Positions 10,969-21,666 of a stretch of 64,000 nucleotides of DNA are shown piece by piece. The stretch is from an uncultured delta proteobacterium (lineage in GTDB: Bacteria > Desulfobacterota > Syntrophobacteria > Syntrophobacterales > Syntrophobacteraceae), in assembly GCA_963808625.1 (NCBI GenBank), contig CAWEHK010000052.1, positions 1 to 64,000 on the forward strand. Direction: 5' to 3'. Position 1 is the first letter of the stretch; the number at the start of each line of letters is the position of its first letter. Made by a program: the position numbers and the translations under genes. The notes under the pieces were generated by a model, which did not search any database, was not told the DNA's origin, and saw nothing but the letters and a program-made list of their open reading frames with translations.

Positions 10969-11949
10969 GTGGCAAAAACCGAGAGAGAATCACAGAGCCG
11001 ACTATTAATCGAGCGCGTGCAGGCCGTGTTACCGGAGCTGGAGGTGGTGATCGGCTGGACCCAGGGGTTTGATCTCCTTCATACGGCCCCGGTCTTCGTG
11101 CGCGACGCCGCATCGGTGGAGAAGCTCATCTGGAGTCCGTTCTGCGCTCAGAACCTGACCGGCTATCTCGCCAAGACCCCGGCCATCCAAACCACCGACA
11201 AGACCAAGAAGATCGGCATCTGTGTCAAGGGCTGCGACAGCCGCTCGCTGATTGCGCTCGTCCAGGAGAAGTTTGTCCAACGGGATTCCCTCTACATCCT
11301 GGGGATTCCCTGTGAGGGCGTGGTGGACTGGCGTCGCGTAAGGCGGCAGTTCCCTCTTGCGCAATTCGGGTCAGCGAGAATAGCAGACGGACACTTGCTG
11401 CTCGAGGGCGGTAGCGAGTCTCACCGCCTCAAGCTCGAAGAGGTGCTTGCGCGCAGGTGCCTGCGGTGCGCCTATCCGAATCCGCTCGTCCACGATGTAC
11501 TGATAGGTGAGCCGGTAACGCCCCGGGTGACGGTCGCAGAGGCTTATCAGGAAGTAGCGGCGCTGGAGCAATTGCCCTTAGCGGAGAGGCTCGATTTCTG
11601 GCGCACCGAACTGGATCGATGCCTGCGCTGCTATGCCTGCCGCAATGCCTGTCCCCTGTGCGTCTGCCAGGATCGCTGCATTGCCGAAACCCGGGAGCCC
11701 AAATGGCTTAGCCAGTACGTGAATGTTTCCGAGAAATTCCTCTTTCATTTCATTCACGCGTTGCACCTGGCCGGCAGGTGCACGGAATGCGGCGAATGCG
11801 AGCGCGTCTGTCCCATGGAGATCCCCGTGACCCTCATGAAAGAAAAGCTGAGCCGGATTGTCACGGAACTCCTGGGCTATGAAGCGGGCATCGATCCGGA
11901 AGCGTCTCCCCCGCTGCTCACCTTTTCTCCGGAGGAGAAAGGAATCTAA
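10969..11949 (+). CDS. flxC: FlxC-like Fe-S subunit
   Basis: KGCDSRS, CLRCYACRNACPLCVC, HLAGRCTECGECERVCP; position in the hdr-flx gene order. Confidence 0.8.
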   Translation: MAKTERESQSRLLIERVQAVLPELEVVIGWTQGFDLLHTAPVFVRDAASVEKLIWSPFCAQNLTGYLAKTPAIQTTDKTKKIGICVKGCDSRSLIALVQEKFVQRDSLYILGIPCEGVVDWRRVRRQFPLAQFGSARIADGHLLLEGGSESHRLKLEEVLARRCLRCAYPNPLVHDVLIGEPVTPRVTVAEAYQEVAALEQLPLAERLDFWRTELDRCLRCYACRNACPLCVCQDRCIAETREPKWLSQYVNVSEKFLFHFIHALHLAGRCTECGECERVCPMEIPVTLMKEKLSRIVTELLGYEAGIDPEASPPLLTFSPEEKGI

Positions 11950-12124
11950 GGAGTTGTCCAAGAATGAGAGATCTTCTTTCACCACGGAAACACACGGAAC
12001 ACCCGGAAGAACAGGATTGATTCTTTGGTATTTTCCGTGTCTTCCGTGTGGTCCGTGGTTTGAAATAGAGGGTCCCAACGAGAACTGGAGTTTGCGGATT
12101 TGTGCTGAGATGAGGTAACCCGTA

Positions 12125-13209
12125 ATGCCTGGCAAAGTGTATATTGCCGACGAAAATCTGACAAAAGTACTGGCAAAGTGGTCGGAGAACCTGGATCTCT
12201 GGGTGCCGGCGGCATCCGGTACGGACCGGGGGCCAGTCGGAATTCGTGCGCTACCTCCTGGGTAGGCCTTGTCCTGAAACGCCAGAGCCTCATGCCCCCG
12301 AAGAAGATCCTTCTGCCCCAGGGAGAAGCACTCTTTACGTTTGCTTACCGGAAGGACCCGCAGGACCCCTCGAAGAGTGCGCGTGCACCTCGATGATCTC
12401 GTCTCCTCGACCCCTCCCGCCAGACCAGTGCTGGTGTTTGGCGCCTACCCGTGCGATGCTCGAGGGTTTCTCACCTTTGATCGGGTTTTCATCGCCGGCC
12501 CTACGTCGATGCCATCTACCGCAAGCGCCGTGAGAGTGCCTTTTTTGCCACCCAGCTTTGTGTCGAAGGCGACGAGGCCTGTTTCTGCTCATCCGTCGGC
12601 AGCGGCCCTGCGGATATGGAAGGGAGCGATCTGCGGCTGACGCCCATTGCCGGTGGTTACCTGCTGGAAGCATTGACCGAACGGTCCGCCTTGGTCATCG
12701 AAAGCGTGGCTTCGCTGGCTTCTCCGCCGTCGGCAGCCCAGGAGAAGGAAGCCGCAGAGGCTGTTGCCCAGGCCGCCCGGCAGCGCTGGGGGGAGCCTTT
12801 GCCGGAAGGGATTGCCCGGGATTTTATGGCCCGCTTCGAGGACCGGGGCTACTGGCAGGAGGTGGCGGAATCATGCCTCAGTTGCGGCATCTGTACTTAT
12901 GTCTGCCCAACCTGCTACTGTTTCACCATCACCGATGAAATCAAGGATCTGCAGGGAGAACGTCTGCGTTCTTGGGATTCGTGCATGTTTTACCAGTACA
13001 CGTCTGAGGCCAGCGGCCACAACCCGCGCCCCACCAAGTTTGAACGCTATCGCAACCGGGTCGGGCATAAGTTCAGTTATATCCCGGAAAAGTACGAAGG
13101 CTTGATCGGGTGTTGCGGCTGCGGGCGGTGCATTCGCTCCTGCCCCGTTTCCATCGACATCCGCAGGGCCGTGCTGGGGCTCAAGGAGGACGCCTGTGCT
13201 TGCGCTTAA
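12125..13209 (+). CDS. flxB: FlxB-like (AsrA-type) Fe-S subunit (multiple frameshifts in 5' half)
   Basis: PPKKILLPQGE, PCDARG, CLSCGICTYVCPTCYCF, RSWDSC, GCCGCGRCIRSCP. Confidence 0.8.
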
Positions 13210-14026
13210 CCCCTACTGCCCGGAACTGGCCACGGTCCGGGAGGTTATCCGGGAGACCGCAAACATCCATACGTTGCGCATAGCCCTGGACGATGAGGAA
13301 AAGATGCGGGCCTTTCAGTTCCGCCCGGGGCAGGTGGCGCAGCTATCCGTTTTCGGCGTCGGCGAGTCGACCTTCGTCATCAATTCCCCGCCCACGCGCA
13401 AGGACACTCTGCAGGTCAGCGTCATGCGCACCGGCGAAGTCACGAAACGCATCCATCAGCTGAATCCGGGTGACCAGATCGGGGTGCGGGCTCCTCTCGG
13501 CAACGGCTTTCCGTATGAAGCCATGGAGGGTCGTGACATCCTCTTCATCGGCGGCGGCATCGGCATGGCCCCTCTGCGCACACTGCTCCTCACCATGATT
13601 GACCGCCGCAAAGACTTCGGGGACATCACCGTGATCTATGGCGCGCGCACTCCCCAGGACCTCTGCTACACTTATGAATTCAGTGAATGGCGCGCGGGGA
13701 ACGTGAAGCTGGTCCTCACGGTCGACACCGAATCTCCCGGCTGGACCGAGCGGGTGGGCTTCGTGCCGACGGTCCTGGCCGAGGAATCCCCCACCCCCCG
13801 CAACCGCATCGCCATTGTCTGCGGTCCGCCGATCATGATCAAATTCGTGCTTTTCGGCCTGAAGGAACTGGAATACGAGGACCACCAGATTTTTACGACC
13901 CTCGAGAAACGCATGAAATGCGGCATCGGCATCTGCGGGCGGTGCAATATGGGGTCAAAGTACGTGTGCGTGGACGGGCCGGTATTCAGCATGGAAGAGC
14001 TGCGGGGGATGGCCCCGGAACTGTGA
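13196..14026 (+). CDS. flxA: FlxA-like FAD/NAD-binding oxidoreductase
   Basis: FRPGQ, RAPLGNGF, GGGIGMAPLR, CGPPIM, MKCGIGICGRC, CVDGPVF. Confidence 0.88.
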   Translation: MLALNPYCPELATVREVIRETANIHTLRIALDDEEKMRAFQFRPGQVAQLSVFGVGESTFVINSPPTRKDTLQVSVMRTGEVTKRIHQLNPGDQIGVRAPLGNGFPYEAMEGRDILFIGGGIGMAPLRTLLLTMIDRRKDFGDITVIYGARTPQDLCYTYEFSEWRAGNVKLVLTVDTESPGWTERVGFVPTVLAEESPTPRNRIAIVCGPPIMIKFVLFGLKELEYEDHQIFTTLEKRMKCGIGICGRCNMGSKYVCVDGPVFSMEELRGMAPEL

Positions 14027-14307
14027 CCTCAGAGCGTAGGATGATAAAAAAACGCCTTCGCATTCACAAACCCGCTCCGAATGATTATATTTGATGGTCG
14101 GGAAAGTCAATCTTTCCTCCTCCTGAGAGAGTCGGGGCACTCCCCTCCGCCCTGGCTCTCTTCAGGTTTAAAGGAGGCTTGTTCCAATCAAAGATCCTCG
14201 TTCCAAGGTCCTTCCCCCCATCGTCAAGGTGCGGGAAACAAAAGTCTCAGGGCCGCGTGGGAAATGAGAGTGATGGTAAAGAAGACTTCATGAAAAAGGA
14301 GGACACG

Positions 14308-14802
14308 ATGTCAAAGACCGAAAAGAACCTGAAAGAGGCATTTGCTGGAGAATCCCAAGCCAACCGGAGATATCTGGCTTTTGCCGAAAGGGCGGAGGAT
14401 GAATTTCTCCATGGCGTAGCCAAGCTTTTCCGAGCGGTTGCCGCGGCGGAGACCATCCACGCGCATAAGCACCTGCGTGTTGCCGACGGGGTCAAGAGTA
14501 CCAAAGAAAACCTTCAGGAAGCGCTGTCAGGGGAAATGCACGAGTTCAAGAAAATGTATCCTGAGATGATTGCCGATGCGCAGGAAGAAGGCCAAAAATC
14601 GGCAACGATCAGCTTTACCTACGCCAACGAAGTGGAAAAGGTCCATGCCCAGCTCTATGAAGAGGCCCTGAAGGACCCGGGCAAGTTTCCCGTCAAGGAT
14701 TACTATCTCTGCAAAATCTGCGGCTATACCGTGGCTGACGCGGCGCCTGACAAGTGTCCGGTTTGCGGAGCCAACAAAAAAGCATTTTTCAAGGCCGAGT
14801 AG
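14308..14802 (+). CDS. rbr: Rubrerythrin
   Basis: AFAGESQANRRY, ETIHA, EKVH, and C-terminal CKICGY...CPVCGA; AGGAGG SD. Confidence 0.92.
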   Translation: MSKTEKNLKEAFAGESQANRRYLAFAERAEDEFLHGVAKLFRAVAAAETIHAHKHLRVADGVKSTKENLQEALSGEMHEFKKMYPEMIADAQEEGQKSATISFTYANEVEKVHAQLYEEALKDPGKFPVKDYYLCKICGYTVADAAPDKCPVCGANKKAFFKAE

Positions 14803-14836
14803 CGAGGACTTTTTGGGCGGCAGGAAGGACGCGGGA

Positions 14837-15304
14837 TCAACCGCCGAGAGATAGCTGGCGCTCTCGAAACAGCTCAATGTGCTTGCGTTCCTCATTGATA
14901 AGTGCCGTCAGCTGTTCGAGGGTGTTCGAGTCCGTGACAAACGAGGCGATAATCTCGTAAAACATTACGGTATCTTGTTCGAGCCCGATCGCGATCCGGC
15001 AGAACATCTTAACATCCCGAATGGCATCGAGATCGACTTCATCCATGGAAAAGAGGTGGTCAGCGAGGCCACCTCTGAGCAACGCTCCGCTGAGCTGCTC
15101 TGCCCAACGTTCCTCAGCCCCGTGAGGCAGCGCGCGCTTCATTTTGATGAAGAACTCACGATGGCGCTTTTCCTGCTCAGCAAACCAGAACAGCATTTCC
15201 AGGAGCGCTGGATCAGAAAATTTCGGCATGGCGTTACGGTAAAAATGTTCCCCGTTTTCTTCAATCTGAATGGCAAGGTCAAGGATTTCACTTGCGGAAA
15301 ACAT
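14837..15304 (-). CDS. Ferritin-like (rubrerythrin-family) protein
   Basis: LAIQIEENG..FY, EQEKRH, GLEQDT..FY, NEERKH di-iron motifs. Confidence 0.85.
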   Translation of the reverse strand: MFSASEILDLAIQIEENGEHFYRNAMPKFSDPALLEMLFWFAEQEKRHREFFIKMKRALPHGAEERWAEQLSGALLRGGLADHLFSMDEVDLDAIRDVKMFCRIAIGLEQDTVMFYEIIASFVTDSNTLEQLTALINEERKHIELFRERQLSLGG

Positions 15305-15418
15305 GTTCTGCTCCTCATCCCTGATGTTGGGAAATGATCCTGCTCTCAATGTTTCCGTTTACTTGATGAATTCCTCGCCTGCAAGAGAGAACCGCAAGAG
15401 AGAACCGCAATAAAGATC

Positions 15419-15447
15419 TTGACAACATTCACCGCTTTGACTACAAG
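15419..15447 (+). promoter_or_regulatory. Putative sigma70 promoter of the tRNA
   Basis: TTGACA-17 nt-TACAAG, ending 15 nt before the tRNA 5' end. Confidence 0.55.
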
Positions 15448-15462
15448 GACGGCTTACCTTCT

Positions 15463-15540
15463 GTCCCCATCGTCTAGCCCGGTCCAGGACACCGGCCTTT
15501 CACGCCGGCAACACCGGTTCAAATCCGGTTGGGGACGCCA
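15463..15540 (+). tRNA. tRNA-Glu (TTC)
   Basis: Acceptor stem GTCCCCA/TGGGGAC, anticodon arm CCGGC-CT-TTC-AC-GCCGG, T-arm GGTTCAAATCC, encoded CCA. Confidence 0.97.
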
Positions 15541-15548
15541 GTGGAATC

Positions 15549-15584
15549 AAAGGGGTTGGCTCACCGCGAGCTGACCCCTTTTTT
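15549..15584 (+). terminator. Intrinsic terminator after tRNA-Glu
   Basis: AAAGGGGTTGGCTC-ACCGC-GAGCTGACCCCTTT followed by a T-tract. Confidence 0.8.
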
Positions 15585-15860
15585 GTTGGTGTGCCCGCAG
15601 GACGTGTTTACAATGAGTAAATTTTTCCAACTGCTACGACATTTATGTCATTGAGAGGTATGTCAAGAGTGTAGACGTGACCCCTCCAAGACTTCTTGAT
15701 GGGTATGAGCGCTGATTTAGGTGCAACACGTGTGAGAGCGTTGCCGAAGCGGCTGCGACCTTCTCGCGGCATAGACCCTTGCTGGACGCGAACATTATGA
15801 GCATAGTGACGGGAGAGAGTCTGGCCACATCTTCGAGAAATGGGGTGAACCACCAATTCT

Positions 15861-16400
15861 TCAGGGATGGTCGGTGCCATCGGCGGCGGTGTCGCCGCTG
15901 AGATAAGTCTGGCGAAATTCGGGTTCCTGGAGCAGCAGCAGAATGTGGCTGAGATGGCCAAAACACCCATCGCCATCGAGTGCTTGAATGGCCGCGATGG
16001 TTTCTTGAGCCATTTGCCATACCTGGCGGTGCACGGTGGGGCCGTTTTCACCGCAGCGCACCAACGAATACAGACGCCGGCAACTGAAGGGCCGCACCGG
16101 ATAGATGGCGCAGCTCAGATTGTCCTGTAGGAAGGCACAGCGCGTGTAAATGGACGCTTCTTTCTCCCGGGCGTTCTCTTCGATCAACTCCTGTAATTGG
16201 GAACGACGCCGAGGGTCCATGCCTTTAAAGTGTTCCAGAATGAGCCAGCCTTCGAGGGTGACGGCATCGACGTTGCCGACGTTGATACAGCAATCGGCGC
16301 AGCCAATGGCGCACACCGCCGTTTCGCGATAGACCCGGGCCTTCTCCTCAAAATCCTGGTAGAGTTCCAGAAGCTTCTTTGCCTTGGTCTCGATATTCAT
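15861..16400 (-). CDS. YkgJ/UPF0153 (CxxGCxxCC) cysteine-cluster protein; exact 3' end uncertain
   Basis: CAIGCADCC, CAFL, CAIYPVRPFSCR. Confidence 0.85.
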   Translation of the reverse strand: MNIETKAKKLLELYQDFEEKARVYRETAVCAIGCADCCINVGNVDAVTLEGWLILEHFKGMDPRRRSQLQELIEENAREKEASIYTRCAFLQDNLSCAIYPVRPFSCRRLYSLVRCGENGPTVHRQVWQMAQETIAAIQALDGDGCFGHLSHILLLLQEPEFRQTYLSGDTAADGTDHP

Positions 16401-16522
16401 TCTACTCCCCTCGCATTCAGTTGCGCCGAAGCAGCAGCGCAGGTGGTGGCACAGGAGATCGGTTCCGTACACCCGGCTGCCGGGAAGATTTCGATTGGAA
16501 AGACTCCTTTGATCGGGTCCAT
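16397..16522 (-). CDS. Putative 41-aa Cys-containing small protein
   Basis: MDPIKGVFPIEIFPAAGCTEPISCATTCAAASAQLNARGVE*; AAGGA SD; its stop overlaps the downstream start (ATGA). Confidence 0.4.
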   Translation of the reverse strand: MDPIKGVFPIEIFPAAGCTEPISCATTCAAASAQLNARGVE

Positions 16523-16762
16523 CGCGAGTTCCTTCTGTGATTCACCAGGCTGGTATCCGCTTTGCAGCTGTCTTTGACTTCACCTCACCTTTGTTGAGAC
16601 AATTTTCACCGCTTGGCGACCAACCCCGAGCCACCTTACCATAAGGACCGGGGTAGCCTCCAATTCCATACTATGATTCCTGCCCTTGAGGTGCTCACCC
16701 CAAGAGGCAGCTATCGCTGCTCTACCTTCCTCCGATTGCATCGGTCTTCAACGTCAAATCCT

Positions 16763-17146
16763 TCAGACACCACGCGTTGCACCGGAGCGTCTCCACCTTC
16801 GCCAGACCAGCGTGTAAACGATCACATTCGCAGCGACCACGCCGAGTCCAAGCAGTCGCTGAAATGCGCTGGTAAGCCCGAGTGGGTAAATCAGACGGGT
16901 CACATAGTGTTCGATGAACCCGCCCGCATACCCAGCCTCGCCCGCTTCCTGCAACCACTTGACCTCCAGCGCCGTAAGCGGGCATGTCCGGTCCGTGAAC
17001 TCGATCAACATGCCCCACACCGCTGCCGGAAGATGGAGCCACACCGTCCACCGCCAGCGCAATGCCAACAACCCTCCCAGCATGACAAAAAAGATGAAGG
17101 CGACGTGGGTGATCAAGACCAGATTGGCAAGGATCAGGCAGCACAC
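16763..17146 (-). CDS. DUF2784-family membrane protein
   Basis: LHLPAAVWG, CPLTALE, GY.GGFIEHY...LIYP. Confidence 0.85.
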   Translation of the reverse strand: MCCLILANLVLITHVAFIFFVMLGGLLALRWRWTVWLHLPAAVWGMLIEFTDRTCPLTALEVKWLQEAGEAGYAGGFIEHYVTRLIYPLGLTSAFQRLLGLGVVAANVIVYTLVWRRWRRSGATRGV

Positions 17147-17162
17147 GGTGGTTAGCTCCCTA

Positions 17163-18377
17163 TCAGCATGAGGTCCACGGGATCCGGTTCAGCGCCTGGT
17201 CCAGGTCTTCCCTGAGATCTTCAAAATCTTCGCATCCCACCGAGAGTCTCACCAGTTCATCCGGAATACCCGGCTTCGATCCGCTCCTGGCGTGGAATGG
17301 ACGTGTGCGTCATGGAGGCGGGGTGTTCGATGAGGGACTCCACTCCTCCCAGAGAAACGGCCAGGGTGATGAGCTTCACGTTGTTCATGACCGTGACGCC
17401 CCCCTCGAGACCGTTTTTGACGCCGAAACAGATCATGGCTCCGAACCCATCCATCTGCTTTTTCGCGATGGCGTACTGAGGGTGTTCGGGAAGGCCGGGG
17501 TATCTCACCCAACTGACTTTGGGGTGAGTGCTCAGAAACGCGGCGACTCGGCGGGCATTCTCCTGAGCCTTCTCCATGCGCAGGGGCAAGGTGCGGACAC
17601 CCCGCAGGATGAGCCACGCCTGGTGGGGGTCCATGGTGCCGCCGAAGAGGTTGAGCATCCTCCGGATTTTCTTGAAATTTTCTTCGTCTTTCGTGACGAT
17701 CATGCCTCCCACCACATCGCTGTGGCCATTGATGAATTTGGTGAGGCTGTGGACCACGACATCGGCTCCATGTTCGAGAGGCCGCTGCAGATAGGGGCTC
17801 GCAAAGGTGTTGTCCACCACGAGAACGGCCCCTTGTTGATGAGCGATTTGCGCTGCGGCTTCAAGGTCTGTCAGGATCATGGTGGGGTTGGTGGGGCGTT
17901 TCGACGAAAACCATAACGCGTTTCTGGGCCCAAGGCTTGTCGGATCTTCTCGGGATCGGAGCTGTCCACAAAGGTGGTCCGGACTCCGAAGCGGGGCAAT
18001 TCCATTTCCAGGAGCACCCGCGTCGCACCATACACGGAAGCCGTTGATACCACGTGAGCGTGCTGGTGGAGGTAAGTCATGAACACGGTGCCGATGGCCG
18101 CCATTCCCGTGGCGGTGGCCATTCCGCCGAAGCCCGCTTCGAGAGAGACGACATTAGCCTCGAGGGCATTGACCGTCGGGTTGTTCAGGCGGGTATAAAT
18201 GAATCCGGGACGTTTGCCGGAAAAACGAGCGGCGCCCTCTTCCGCATTGGGGAAGGCGAAAGTGGAGCTCTGAAAAATGGGAACGGAGACCTCTCCAAAC
18301 AGTGAATCCTTGAGTTTCCCCATGTGGATGGCCCGGGTGGATTTGCCCATGGAGCGAGGAAGCTCTTTTCTTTTCAT
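17163..18377 (-). CDS. Cys/Met metabolism PLP enzyme, methionine gamma-lyase-like (frameshifts ~17900 and ~17260)
   Basis: PIFQSSTF, YTRLNNPT, TGMAAI, DNTFASP, HSLTKFINGHSD (PLP lysine), AVSLGGVESLIEHPASMTH. Confidence 0.88.
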
Positions 18378-18688
18378 ATCTCGGCTCCCGATCGGTAAGG
18401 GAATGAAGTTTGCTAAATGTATTTCTTTTATAAGAACGCACGGGGGGGCTTTGCAATGGAAAACCGAAGGAAAACTGCCATGGCGGGAGAGGGTTTTCAT
18501 TGCCTCCGTCAGGCCTGTGATTCTTGAGAAACCGCTTTCCAGCAAACAAGTATTAAGGATTCATTGGATTGCAGGCATGTGCCATGGAGGCACTGGGACC
18601 AAGTTTTGCTGCGCAGGCGGATTATAGATTGTTTTTATTAAATAAATCGATATTATATGAACGTTGAGCAATTCATTATCACCTTCCA

Positions 18689-18718
18689 TTGACAAGACCT
18701 CGCCTTCCACTCTAAGAT
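18689..18718 (+). promoter_or_regulatory. Putative sigma70 promoter upstream of aor
   Basis: TTGACA-18 nt-TAAGAT after an AT-rich tract. Confidence 0.4.
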
Positions 18719-18766
18719 TCCGGTCAACAGGATAAAGCTTACCATTTCATTAATGAGGAGGAGAAC

Positions 18767-20619
18767 ATGAACGGGTATATGGGAAAAACCTTAATGGTTG
18801 ATCTATCAAAGGGGACCATCGAATCCCGGAACATCCCTCAATCCTGGTACGATGACTTCCTGGGCGGGGAGGGCCTGGCCGTCCGGCTTTTCCATGATTA
18901 TGCAGACCCGTCCCGGGAACCCTACGATCCGGAAACACCGGTCATCTTTGCCACCGGCCCTTTGAACGGGACGATGGCTCCGGAAGGCGGGAGGCTGGTT
19001 GTGGTCTTTCGTTCACCGGCCACTACCACTTTGGGCATCGCCAATGTGGGAGGGCATTTCGCCCCCGCGCTGAAAAAGGCCGGCTATGATCTGTTGTTGG
19101 TAAAAGGGAGATCGTCCAAACCGGTCTGGTTGAAAATCAAGGATGATCAGGTGAGTATCGAGGATGCCGCCGCCCTCTGGGGCCAAAAGATCAGCCTCAC
19201 CGAAGAGGCCATCCAGGGGGAAATGGGTAAAAACGCCCAGGTCATTTCCATCGGGCCGGCGGGAGAGAATCTCGTGCGTTTCTCCTCCCTCATGACGCAG
19301 AAGCATCGCGCCGCCGGCCGCGGGGGCGGCGGGGCCATTCTGGGTTCCAAGAATCTGAAAGCCATCGGAGTAGTGGGCACCAAGGAAGTTTCCGTGGCCG
19401 ACCCTGAAGCCCTGAAAGCGGCTTCCGAAAAGGCCAGGGAGCAGATCCAGGCCGAGGCGTTCACCGCGGGTCTCCTGAAACCTTTCGGGACCCCCGGTTT
19501 TTACAACGCCATCAGCGCCACCGGGACCCTGCCCACCAAGAACTGGCAGCGGACCACCTATCCCGAATCCCACGAGGTCCTCGGGCCACGAGGCCTACCA
19601 CAAGACCCTGGAAGTCAAACCCTACGCCTGTGCCCAGTGCCACATCGCCTGCGGACGCAAGACCACGATCAAGGAAGGCCCTTATGCCGGCGAGAGCGGA
19701 GGAGGACCGGAATACGAAACCCTGGGGGCCTTCGGCAGCAAGTGCCTGATCAATGACGTCAGCGCAGTGGCCAAGCTGGGGTATGACTGCAACGAACTGG
19801 GTCTCGACACCATCAGCGCCGGTCAGATCCTGGCTACCGCGATGGAGTGGTATGACGGGGGATCCTGACCAAAGAAAAAGCCGACGGGCTCGAAATCACC
19901 TGGGGCAATGTCCCGGTTGCTCTCGAACTAATCCGCAAGATGGCCTACGGGAGGGGATCGGAGACCTCCTGGCCGAAGGCTCAAGAAGGCCGCCGAGAAA
20001 CTCGGCGGGGAAGCCATGCGATTATGCCTTTCAAGTCAAAGGATTGGAAATGGCCTCCTGCGGCGTCCAGGCCAGCAAGGGAGAGGCGGTGGTCCATGCC
20101 GTCTCGCCGCGCGGCGCGGACCACCTGCGGCCTTACGCCTCGGTGGTCGATGCCTTCGGCTACCTCGACGAGGAACTGGGGATCACGGAGAAACCGAACC
20201 CCCTCGAAGACGGCCACAAGGCGTGGGTCAAGCCCCTGCAGGAACTCTCCATGGCCACCAACCTCCTGGGGGCCTGCCTGTTCGCCTCGATCTGTCTGGC
20301 GGTGAAAGGCAGCACCTGGGCCGCCCTCTTTACGGCAGTCACCGGCCGGGAACTGTCCCTCCGGGGCCTGCTGAAGGCCGCCGAGCGGGTCATCAACCTG
20401 GAGCGGATGATCAATGCCCGCTACGGCTTCGACCGCAAAGAAGACAAGCTGCCCAAGAGGCTTTTGCAGGAACCGGCAACCGACGGCGTCGGCCAGGGTC
20501 AGGTGGTGGATCTGGACAAGGTCCTGGACAGCTACTATGACGCCATGGGCTGGGATATCATCACCGGCCTGCCCAAACCGGAGAAATTGAAGGAACTAAA
20601 CCTTGGCTGGACGATTTGA
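18767..20619 (+). CDS. aor: Aldehyde:ferredoxin oxidoreductase family (W/Mo-pterin), frameshifted
   Basis: SIGPAGEN, RAAGRGGGGAILGSKNLKAI, CAQCHIACG, GPEYET, GLDTIS, RGADH, DKLPKR; GAGGAGG SD. Confidence 0.9.
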
Positions 20620-20709
20620 ATCGTGATCTGAGGACATTCTCGCGATTAACAATAAGCCCTTGCCGGCGTCGGAGGGTGAGCAGTGTCTTTGGCCTTGGTG
20701 ACCTCGACC

Positions 20710-21666
20710 CTACCTTGACATGCGCTTTCTCGCCAGAATCGCACGGGCGGCGACAAACGCCCGCACGCCGAGCAGCGCCAGGGCGCCGGCGATGGTCCCC
20801 GCGAGGACGTCGAGGAGGAGCGGCGTCAGCGTCTTGAGCAAGCCGCCGACAGCCGCGATTTCGCCAGTCAGTATGGCAGCGCGCTCGATCAGGTGGTGCA
20901 GCGGCGGGATGCCGTGCGTCAGGATGCCGCCGCCGACCATGAACATTGCCGCCGTCCCGATGACCGCCAGCGCCTTCATCATGCGCGGCGCCGCCAGCAG
21001 CAGGCCCTTGCCGATCGTTTGCGCCAGCGCGCCGGGTCGCTTGAGCAGGTGGAACCCCAGGTCGTCTATCTTGACGATGCCGGCGACGACGCCATAAACG
21101 CCAACCGTCATGATCAGGCCAATCCCGGAAAGCACCGCAACCTGGGTGGTGAACGGCTGCTCGGCGACGGTGCCGAGCGCAATGACGACGATTTCAGCCG
21201 AAAGCACGAAGTCGGTCCGAATGGCTCCCCTGATCTTGCCAGCCTCGAATGCCGCCAGGTTGACCTCTTGATCGGCCGGCCCGGTGATGTGCCCCGCTTG
21301 CGGCGCTTGCGCTTCATCATTGCCGGCCGGGTGCAACCACCGGTGTGCCAGTTTCTCGACCCCTTCGAGGCACAGGTAAAGGCCGCCAAGCATCAGCAGC
21401 GGCATCACCGCCCAAGGAATGAGGCTGCTGATCGCCAGTGCCGCTGGCACCAGGATCAGCTTGTTTTTCAGCGAACCGAGGGCGACCGCCCAGACCACCG
21501 GCAACTCGCGCTCGGCTCGCACCCCTGCCACCTGTTGCGCGTTCAGCGCCAGGTCATCACCAAGGACGCCGGCCGTCTTCTTAACGGCAACCTTGGTCAT
21601 CAAGGCGACGTCATCGAGAACGCTAGCAATGTCATCAATCAGGGCAAGCAGGCTGCCTCCGGCCAT
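20710..21666 (-). CDS. DUF808 / YedI-family inner membrane protein
   Basis: LLALIDDIA, GVLGDDLALNAQQV, AIRTDFVLSAEI, GTAAMFMVGGGIL. Confidence 0.92.
   Translation of the reverse strand: MAGGSLLALIDDIASVLDDVALMTKVAVKKTAGVLGDDLALNAQQVAGVRAERELPVVWAVALGSLKNKLILVPAALAISSLIPWAVMPLLMLGGLYLCLEGVEKLAHRWLHPAGNDEAQAPQAGHITGPADQEVNLAAFEAGKIRGAIRTDFVLSAEIVVIALGTVAEQPFTTQVAVLSGIGLIMTVGVYGVVAGIVKIDDLGFHLLKRPGALAQTIGKGLLLAAPRMMKALAVIGTAAMFMVGGGILTHGIPPLHHLIERAAILTGEIAAVGGLLKTLTPLLLDVLAGTIAGALALLGVRAFVAARAILARKRMSR

Noticed and set aside
16523..16585. In-frame TGA upstream of the YkgJ-like ORF as a second Sec site
   Set aside because: The extension is not protein-like, there is no convincing hairpin after the TGA, and the gene has its own SD and ATG at 16400.
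18570..18612. Sigma54 promoter between the lyase gene and aor
   Set aside because: The reverse TGGCAC...TGCA has GG-N9-GC spacing, and the forward GG-N10-GC candidate lacks the TGGCAC core.
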